A DNA stretch of 64,000 nucleotides. Source: an uncultured Planctomycetota bacterium (lineage in GTDB: Bacteria > Planctomycetota > UBA11346). Below the pieces are notes generated by a model. It made no database searches. It saw nothing but the letters and a program-made list of their open reading frames with translations, and had not been told where the DNA came from. This document shows positions 57,491 through 64,000 of the stretch, piece by piece. The stretch spans positions 8,199-72,198 of the forward strand of contig CAIUVD010000091.1 in the NCBI GenBank assembly GCA_903902515.1, read 5' to 3'. Position 1 is the first letter of the stretch. The number at the start of each line of letters is the position of its first letter. A program made the translations under genes and the position numbers.

Positions 57491-58204
57491 ATGCGTCCCC
57501 GGATTCTCGTCACCTGCTCCCTCAACGACCACGAAGCCGCGACCCGAACCCTGGTCGCCTACTGCGATCCCGTCGTGGCGGCCGGCGGGCTGCCCCTGAT
57601 CGCCCCGGCCTTCACCGACGCGACGGTGGTCGAGGAGGCCCTCGACAACGTTCAGGGGGTGCTGCTGATCGGCGGGCCCGATTACCACCCCGAAGAATAC
57701 GGCGGGCGGCCCCAACCCGCGTCGGACCTGATGGATCGGCGGCGGCACGATGCCGACCTGCTGCTGGCCCGGGCGGTACTGCGCCGGGGGCTACCGGTGC
57801 TGGGGATTTGCGGAGGCTTGCAACTGCTCGTGATCGCCGGCGGCGGGGCCCTGGTCCAAGACCTGCCCACGGACTGGCCAGGAACCCTCGGCCACAGCCG
57901 CGAGGAAGGGGACGGCTTCACCCATGACCTGACGGTGGTGCCCGGCACCCTCCTGGCGACCCTGGCGGGAGGGCCCATCGCCGTCAATTCCTACCACCAC
58001 CAGGCGGCTCGGCCGGATCGCCTGGGGGGATTTACGATCAGTGCCCGCAGTGCCGATGGGGTCATCGAGGCGGTGGAGCGGACCGATCATCCCTGCTGCC
58101 TGGGGGTGCAGTGGCATCCCGAGCGGATGGCGGATTCCGCCAGTAGTCAGGCCCTGTTCCGCCATCTGGTGCACACCGCCCGGTCCCACCCCTCCGGCCG
58201 TTAG
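57491..58204 (+). CDS. Class I glutamine amidotransferase (gamma-glutamyl-GABA hydrolase / peptidase C26 family)
   Basis: GICGGLQLL nucleophile-Cys motif, catalytic His region YHHQA. Confidence 0.7.
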   Translation: MRPRILVTCSLNDHEAATRTLVAYCDPVVAAGGLPLIAPAFTDATVVEEALDNVQGVLLIGGPDYHPEEYGGRPQPASDLMDRRRHDADLLLARAVLRRGLPVLGICGGLQLLVIAGGGALVQDLPTDWPGTLGHSREEGDGFTHDLTVVPGTLLATLAGGPIAVNSYHHQAARPDRLGGFTISARSADGVIEAVERTDHPCCLGVQWHPERMADSASSQALFRHLVHTARSHPSGR

Positions 58205-58342
58205 GCCCGCCACGGATCATCGGCCAGGCCTGGAGGTGCGCCAGGGTCGCCCAAGCGACCAAAAGCCCCTGAACTGCGGGTCCTGCATGGGCAGGTCGTC
58301 GCTGAGAACGTCGGTGGCGAGGACGGCGATGCTGACGTGGGA

Positions 58343-60103
58343 TTATTGGTGTTTTTGCACCTGGGCGTACCGGTAATACACCTCCAAACACAGGGTGTTG
58401 TACGCGGTGGAGAGCGTTCGTCCCGTGTTGGATCCGTGGAAGGCCGTTCCTTGCCAATCCCAGGAGCCGTTCAGGCAGTCTTGCGAGGTACGTTGGCTGT
58501 TGACCAGCATATCCCGGACGGAGGCGTTCCACGTCTTCCAGCGTTCCCCGCCAACCTGAAAGATGGCGAGCGTGTTGTAGTACATATAGTACGTATTGCA
58601 GGGGTATTTGGTCGGCATCTGGTGGGCCATCACCGTATTGGCCAGGGATTCGATCATCGGATCGCCGGCCGTACGGCCAAGGAACACGCCACAGACCAAG
58701 CCGACACATTCCAGGGATTGGGATCCACCATAAGCCGTCGCCACTTTGGCCGCCATACCGTGCCCCCCCTCCAGTGGGAGTTCCTTGCCGGTTTTCGGGT
58801 CCTTCTGGGCCACCGGAGCGGGCCCGCCCGAAACGGAGACCTGGGTGTCACCGGTTGTCCACAGGTAGGGGAAGCGGGATTTATCCCGAGCCGTCATGGA
58901 GGCCGCATCCTTGAAAGCGACCCCGTTTTTGACCAGTTCGGCCGTGTTGGCAGCCCTCCAGGCCTTATCAAGCCAGGTTTTCGCGCCGTTCATGCCCTTG
59001 CCAACCTGCAAGCCACCCGCCATCGCGCTCTTGAGGGCCATGATATTCCAACCGGTGACGGAGGAGTCGTTCTGCTTGGACGGGCCTTGATAGTACCAGC
59101 CCAGGCCACCTTTCGTGACGTCTTGGTTTTGTTGGGCGAGAATGACGTCGATGGACTTTTGGGCCGGTCCCCGCAATTCCGGGTCACCGGTCATGGCAAA
59201 GGCTTCCGCCAAGGCCATGGCCGCGATGGCGCGGTCGTAATTACGCTTCCCAAGCGTGCCGCCGCCCTTGGTCTGTTGGTCGACCAGCCATTTCAGTCCG
59301 CGTTTAACCGTGGATTTATGGGTACTAGGGGTTCGGTGGTCATAGCCGGCACCCAGGAAGCAGAGCAACGCGTAGCTGGTGACCGCGATGTTATACTCCT
59401 CCTCGGATGTGTCCGGGGCATTTCCCGGCTCGCACTTGGTGCCTTCCGAGCAGTTTTGGTAGTACCTCTCGGCATCCCAATGGCCATCGGGGCTCTGGTG
59501 ACGCTTGAACCAGACCAAGCTGGCGTTGACGGCATTTTCTCCGCCCCGGCTGCCACTGCCACGATTGATGGCCAATTTTTTGCCGTTGGTCGAGAGTCGG
59601 GGCCCAAACATGCCACCCCCGCCGCTGCCGCCCCCGATGGCCGTGAAAGCCCCGGATCCGCCAATTTCATGGACCGAAATGGCATCGTCGCGGCCCCTGA
59701 CCGACGACACGACGGGCGCCGAAATCATGGGGTCGACCACGGAAGCATCCGGCAGGATACTCGGAGCCACCGGATCCGGATCCGGATCCGTGGGCGTCGT
59801 GGGGTCCACCACGAATGTCGCGTCGGGGGATCGCTGGGCCTGGGGTTTTTTCTGCTCCGGTTTGGAGGGCTCCAAAAGGCGCACTCGCACCGGGGGCGTT
59901 TCGATATCCTTTGGTGGAGTGGCAAAAACTGCGGCCGCTGCGAGGGCAATGACGCCAACATGAATAGAAGCGCTGATACCCCATCCGCCAAAGGCCCCGA
60001 CCAGGGTTGAACCAGCAGATTTCAGCTGGGAGGATGGCTCGCGTTGGTTGATCTCCTGGTCGAGCTCACGGTATTCGTCCAAGGGGGGGCGAGGCTGATG
60101 CAT
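58343..60103 (-). CDS. Membrane-anchored prenyltransferase/squalene-oxidase-repeat (alpha-alpha toroid) protein
   Basis: N-terminal TM (IHVGVIALAAAAVFA), PTDPDPDPV linker, then repeated QW-like motifs (GHWDAERYY, GLKWLVDQQTKGGG, GGLGWYYQG, VTGWNIMALKSA). True start MHQPRPPL, not the 820-aa ORF in the track. Confidence 0.55.
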   Translation of the reverse strand: MHQPRPPLDEYRELDQEINQREPSSQLKSAGSTLVGAFGGWGISASIHVGVIALAAAAVFATPPKDIETPPVRVRLLEPSKPEQKKPQAQRSPDATFVVDPTTPTDPDPDPVAPSILPDASVVDPMISAPVVSSVRGRDDAISVHEIGGSGAFTAIGGGSGGGGMFGPRLSTNGKKLAINRGSGSRGGENAVNASLVWFKRHQSPDGHWDAERYYQNCSEGTKCEPGNAPDTSEEEYNIAVTSYALLCFLGAGYDHRTPSTHKSTVKRGLKWLVDQQTKGGGTLGKRNYDRAIAAMALAEAFAMTGDPELRGPAQKSIDVILAQQNQDVTKGGLGWYYQGPSKQNDSSVTGWNIMALKSAMAGGLQVGKGMNGAKTWLDKAWRAANTAELVKNGVAFKDAASMTARDKSRFPYLWTTGDTQVSVSGGPAPVAQKDPKTGKELPLEGGHGMAAKVATAYGGSQSLECVGLVCGVFLGRTAGDPMIESLANTVMAHQMPTKYPCNTYYMYYNTLAIFQVGGERWKTWNASVRDMLVNSQRTSQDCLNGSWDWQGTAFHGSNTGRTLSTAYNTLCLEVYYRYAQVQKHQ

Positions 60104-60443
60104 AGGGATCCTGGCGGGCAAAGGAACGCGATGGCTACGGTCTACCTGATGGAAACGGCAAACGGGCTTCCCCAGCAAAAGTTCAGGAGCAAGGGAGCCA
60201 GGTGTGTGGATTTCGGGACCCTCACCATCACGGCCCCGGGCGACCGGGTGGCGGCCACGGCGGCCGTGCCCGGATCCCCCTGGGCACCGCTCATGCTGCC
60301 GGGGAGCACCCTGCCCCCACCCCATGAAGGGTCGATACGAAGCCACCTCCGGAGTTCCGAGGGGCACCCGCCACGGATAAGGCCCTCGACATGTCACCAT
60401 CCGATGCCTTTCCATGCTCCAAGCCCCTCGTACCTTTCCTCCC

Positions 60444-61931
60444 ATGCGTTCGTTCTCCTTGCTGGTGTTGATGGTCGCAGGAGCCATGGCGGCGGATCCC
60501 ACGGATCCCGCGGGGGCTGAACGCCTGATCCAAATCAATGATGCCCATTGGGTAGAACGAGAGGCCTCGCGGTTCGCCGCCGCCCTCGGCCAGGACCCGG
60601 TTCCCGTGCGTCGTCGGATTGCCGAACGCCTGTATCGTTCCCGGGATCTGAACGGCATCGACACCCTGCGTCCGGCCCTCCTGTGGTGGCGGACGGACAG
60701 CGGCCCCCTGACGGCCCTAATTCCCCTGAAGGACCGCCGCATCTTCTGTGATGGATTCGGCGTCGACCAACCGCCGATGGTCCGCGTCGGGGAACGGGAA
60801 GGCACCGTCGTCTACACCCAGAATCTTCCGAGTGGCCTGCGGGAATACCGGCTGCTCGCCGTCGAGGATGTGGCGGTCATCGCCCGCTCCGTGGATGAGG
60901 TTCACCGCCTGGTGCCCCGAATCCCGAATCTTCTGGTCACGGACCCGGCCCTCCCTGCCCTACGGATGGTGGTACGCGGACCGGCCCTGCGCGAGGCCCT
61001 CACCATTCCACCGTGGCTGCCCCTGCCCCGCCTCCCGGCGTCGGCCCTGGATCCCCGCCCGGCCCTGAAGGCCCTGGGAGACTGGGTCGCCCAGGAGTCC
61101 CTGTACCTGTCGGTGGATGTGCGGGCGGTTAACACCACCCACGCCCGTCTGACCCTGCAACTGAAGGCCAAGCCCGACAGCGAATTGGCCAGTTGGATCA
61201 CCAGCCAGCAACATCAGGCCACCCGCATCGCCGGCCTGGTGGAAAAGCCGACCACCGCCCTGGTCGCCACCGCCCGGATCAACTGGAACGGTCGGTTAGA
61301 CAGCCTCTCGGACCACCTCGGGGCCAGCCAGCGGGCCACCGTCCCGGGCGTCTGGAGCCCGGCGGTCGAGGAATCCTGGCGTCAGGTCTGGCGTCTTGCG
61401 GATCGCATCGGGGAAATGGCCATGGCCATCGACGAGACCCCCGACGGTGGCTACGTCACCACCAGCATCTGTGAACAGCCCCGGGCCACGGAGCAGGTCA
61501 CCCATCTGAATGCCCTGGCCACCGGAGCCACCGGCGACGCCGGCCGCAGTGGCGAGATCAGCGGCACCCCCGTGATGGTCCGCATGGTCAACGGCCGCAC
61601 CGAAGCCACCGCCGCCGGAGCCCGGCACATCATCGCCGTAACGGCCGCCGGCAGTGCTGCGGCCACGGCCGCTGATAACGCCGTCCAGCTCGCCATCAGC
61701 GCCGCCCAGGTGGTCCCGCCCCGGGGTACCCCGGGGATCCTGGTCATCCGGGCCGATATCGGTCGGCTGGTCCGGCTGCTGCCTGGGGCCAATCGCGAAA
61801 ACGAGATCCCCCCCGCCCCGATGGTCGGCTTGTTGACCGTCCGCCCGGGCAATGTCCTCCAATTTGAGGTCACGGTGCCCCTGGAGCCTGCCGCCTTAGC
61901 CCTGTCGCGCCTGCCCCACGGCTGGTGGTGA
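60444..61931 (+). CDS. Secreted hypothetical protein
   Basis: Signal peptide MRSFSLLVLMVAGAMA; no recognisable domain. Confidence 0.4.
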   Translation: MRSFSLLVLMVAGAMAADPTDPAGAERLIQINDAHWVEREASRFAAALGQDPVPVRRRIAERLYRSRDLNGIDTLRPALLWWRTDSGPLTALIPLKDRRIFCDGFGVDQPPMVRVGEREGTVVYTQNLPSGLREYRLLAVEDVAVIARSVDEVHRLVPRIPNLLVTDPALPALRMVVRGPALREALTIPPWLPLPRLPASALDPRPALKALGDWVAQESLYLSVDVRAVNTTHARLTLQLKAKPDSELASWITSQQHQATRIAGLVEKPTTALVATARINWNGRLDSLSDHLGASQRATVPGVWSPAVEESWRQVWRLADRIGEMAMAIDETPDGGYVTTSICEQPRATEQVTHLNALATGATGDAGRSGEISGTPVMVRMVNGRTEATAAGARHIIAVTAAGSAAATAADNAVQLAISAAQVVPPRGTPGILVIRADIGRLVRLLPGANRENEIPPAPMVGLLTVRPGNVLQFEVTVPLEPAALALSRLPHGWW

Positions 61932-62006
61932 AGGACCGGGTTGGCGTGGCGGGGTTTTTGAGTAAACTCTTTCCCTGCATCGAAACCCCCGACCCACGGA
62001 CTCGCC

Positions 62007-63233
62007 ATGCCCACGACCAAAGTCGCCCTCCTCACCGCCGGCGGCCTCGCGCCTTGCCTTTCTTCCGCCGTCGGCGGCCTGATTGAGCGCTACAGCGAGA
62101 TCACCCCGAACACGGAGATCATCGGCTATCTGGGTGGCTATAAGGGTCTGCTCCTTGGCCAATCGGTGGTCGCCACCCCCGAGGTCCGGGCCCAGGCTGG
62201 CATCCTCCACCAGCACGGTGGCAGCCCAATCGGCAACAGCCGCGTCAAGCTGACGAATGTCGCCGACTGCGTGAAGCGCGGCTTGGTGAAAGAGGGCGAG
62301 CACCCCCTCCACGTCGCCGCCGAGCAGCTGAAAAAGGACGGCATCACCATCCTGCACACCATCGGTGGCGACGACACCAACACCACCGCCGCCGACCTGG
62401 CCGCCTACCTGGCCAAGAACGGCTACAACCTGACGGTCGTCGGCCTGCCCAAGACCATCGATAATGACGTGATTCCCATCCGTCAGAGCCTGGGCGCCTG
62501 GACCGCCGCCGAAGAAGGCGCCAAGTACTTCGAAAACATCGTCAACGAACAGAGCGCCAATCCCCGGGCCCTGATCGTCCACGAGGTCATGGGCCGCAAC
62601 TGCGGCTGGCTGACGGCCTACACCGCCAAGGTCTACCGCGACCGCCTGGCCCACACCCCCTTCCTGCCGGCCTTCAACCTCGACCGCCACCACAAAGACG
62701 TGGACGCCGTCTACGTGCCCGAGATGGCCATCGACCTCCAGGCCGAGGCCGCCCGCCTGAAGAAGGCCCTCGATCGCAAGGACTGCGTCAACATCTTCGT
62801 TAGTGAAGGTGCCTGCGTGCCCCAGATCGTCGCCGAACTGGAAAGCCGTGGCGAGATCGTGCCCAAGGACGCCTTCGGCCATTATAAATTGGACGCCGTC
62901 AACGTCGGCCAGTGGTTCAGCAAGCAGTTCGCCAAGCTGATCGGGGCCGAGAAGACCCTGGTCCAGAAGAGCGGCTACTTCGCCCGCGCCGCCGCCGCCA
63001 ACGCCGCCGATCAGCGCCTCATCAAGAGCATGGTCGACCTGGCCGTGGAATGCGCCCTGCGCGGTGAATCCGGCGTCATCGGCCACGACGAGGAGCGCGG
63101 CAACATCCTCCGCGCCATCGAGTTCCCCCGCATCAAGGGCGGCAAGAACTTCGACACCTCCGCCGACTGGTTCGATGAGATGCTCAAGGGCATCGGCCAG
63201 CCCCGGGGCCAGACCGTCGCCGTCGCCCACTAA
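62007..63233 (+). CDS. 6-phosphofructokinase, probably pyrophosphate-dependent (Pfp-type)
   Basis: GGDDTNTTAADLA and LPKTIDND substrate-binding motifs; 408 aa. Confidence 0.75.
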   Translation: MPTTKVALLTAGGLAPCLSSAVGGLIERYSEITPNTEIIGYLGGYKGLLLGQSVVATPEVRAQAGILHQHGGSPIGNSRVKLTNVADCVKRGLVKEGEHPLHVAAEQLKKDGITILHTIGGDDTNTTAADLAAYLAKNGYNLTVVGLPKTIDNDVIPIRQSLGAWTAAEEGAKYFENIVNEQSANPRALIVHEVMGRNCGWLTAYTAKVYRDRLAHTPFLPAFNLDRHHKDVDAVYVPEMAIDLQAEAARLKKALDRKDCVNIFVSEGACVPQIVAELESRGEIVPKDAFGHYKLDAVNVGQWFSKQFAKLIGAEKTLVQKSGYFARAAAANAADQRLIKSMVDLAVECALRGESGVIGHDEERGNILRAIEFPRIKGGKNFDTSADWFDEMLKGIGQPRGQTVAVAH

Positions 63234-63404
63234 TCGGTTACGAGCTCCTGCCACACCAGCACCTCCCGGGATTCCCGGGAGGTGCTGGTGTTTTCGGACC
63301 CCGCAGGCCGAAATCCGGTTACCGGGAGGCCGATTTTGGTCCTCAGTTATTGACAGGGCAGGACTTCCACGCTTAGTGCCGCGCTTCCGCGAGGAGCGCC
63401 GCCC

Positions 63405-64000
63405 GTGCTGTTCAATTCCCTGACCTTTGTGGTGTTCTTTTTGGCGGTCTTCGCCGCCTACCGGCTTCTGCCGGGCTGGGGGACCAAAAAGACCCTGCTC
63501 CTGGCGGCGGGGTTCCTGTTCTATGGGGCCTGGCATCCCCCCTTCGCCCTCCTGCTGGCCCTGTCCATCGTCGTCGACTGGTGGGTGGCCGGGCGCATGA
63601 GTGCCGAGGAGCGGCCGGGGGCCCGGCGGGCGTGGCTAGCCGTCAGCCTGACGGTCAACCTCGGGATGCTCAGCCTCTTCAAGTACGGTGACTTCCTCCT
63701 CGATAACACCCGGGTCCTGTTCGCCGCCTGCGGCATTGCCTACCAGCCGCCTCACCTGGGCCTCCTCCTGCCCATCGGCATCTCGTTTTACACCTTCGAA
63801 GCCCTGTCCTACACCATCGACGTCTACCGCCGCGAGATCAAGCCGACTCGCTCCCTGCGGGACTTCGCGATGTTCGTGTCCTTCTTCCCGCACCTCGTCG
63901 CCGGCCCCATCGTCCGCGCCCGGGACTTCCTCCACCAGTTGGAGGCCCCGGCGGCCCCCTCGGCCCAGCGCACGGCCTGGGGTCTGTTCCTCATGACCCT
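63405..64000 (+). CDS. MBOAT-family membrane-bound O-acyltransferase (AlgI/DltB-like), N-terminal part, GTG start, runs off window
   Basis: Hand-translated frame (no ATG, so absent from track): MLFNSLTFVVFFLAVF...GISFYTFEALSYTIDVYRR...FPHLVAGPIVRA. Confidence 0.7.
   Translation, partial: MLFNSLTFVVFFLAVFAAYRLLPGWGTKKTLLLAAGFLFYGAWHPPFALLLALSIVVDWWVAGRMSAEERPGARRAWLAVSLTVNLGMLSLFKYGDFLLDNTRVLFAACGIAYQPPHLGLLLPIGISFYTFEALSYTIDVYRREIKPTRSLRDFAMFVSFFPHLVAGPIVRARDFLHQLEAPAAPSAQRTAWGLFLMT

Noticed and set aside
59760-59795. GATCCGGATCCGGATCCG tandem repeat
   Set aside because: Lies inside the squalene-oxidase-repeat protein gene and encodes a TDPDPDPV Pro/Asp linker; a coding low-complexity repeat, not a CRISPR or regulatory element.
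63688-63996. 102-aa ORF in the ORF track at the window end
   Set aside because: Wrong frame. The GTG-initiated frame from 63405 gives a clear MBOAT protein (FYTFEALSYTIDVYRR, HLVAGPIVRA).
1-64000. CRISPR arrays, rRNA genes, insertion sequences / transposases
   Set aside because: No regularly spaced direct repeats with unique spacers, no rRNA-like sequence and no transposase-like ORF or terminal inverted repeats of IS type were seen.

Overview
High-GC window (Planctomycetota-like gene content: DUF1328, a prenyltransferase/squalene-oxidase-repeat protein, a PPi-PFK-type phosphofructokinase, a giant TPR protein). The left ~15.2 kb is visibly lower in GC and is mobile/accessory DNA; the rest is chromosomal housekeeping. 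(i) 1-4.9 kb is the right end of an integrative mobilizable element, all genes on the minus strand: partial T4CP-like ATPase, a 4-TM protein, MobA/VirD2-type relaxase, MobC, a ~157-bp nested palindrome upstream of mobC (candidate oriT) and a tyrosine integrase. (ii) A 36-bp tRNA-3'-end-like sequence (T-arm GGTTCGAGTCC, CCA) occurs at 4848-4883 and again, 34/36 identical, at 15164-15199. These two copies bracket a 10.3-kb defense island. The island is one minus-strand gene string: GIY-YIG protein, 136-aa unknown, solitary single-TRD HsdS, HsdM, two-TRD HsdS, terminator, Abi_2, HsdR, M48/DUF45 peptidase. The integrase sits outside the repeat pair, so two elements probably accreted in tandem at one tRNA-derived att site. 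(iii) From 15.2 kb on the gene content is core. In order: GH3 beta-glucosidase, a decayed nucleotidyltransferase pseudogene with a 10-bp perfect palindrome over its start, tRNA-Gly(GCC) with terminator, thiD, an MsbA-like ABC exporter, a CYTH protein, accA, cysD, an SbtA-like permease, glyA, rpsU, ilvBH, a MazG-like protein, pyrBI, hpf followed by a ~230-nt repeat-containing 3' region ending in a strong terminator, a HAD hydrolase and a methyltransferase. Further on: a cell-envelope cluster (CBM48 protein, Met/His-rich periplasmic protein, OM barrel), a sigma54 activator divergent from a cluster of small stress membrane proteins (DUF883, ferritin-like, DUF1328), dnaJ-grpE, an SGNH hydrolase, the 1125-aa TPR protein, SurA-like PPIase, aroK, a Fic protein, recDBC (minus), a class-I GATase, the squalene-oxidase-repeat protein, a PPi-PFK-like kinase and a partial MBOAT. 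No CRISPR array, rRNA or transposase. The many long ORFs antisense to real genes are high-GC artefacts.
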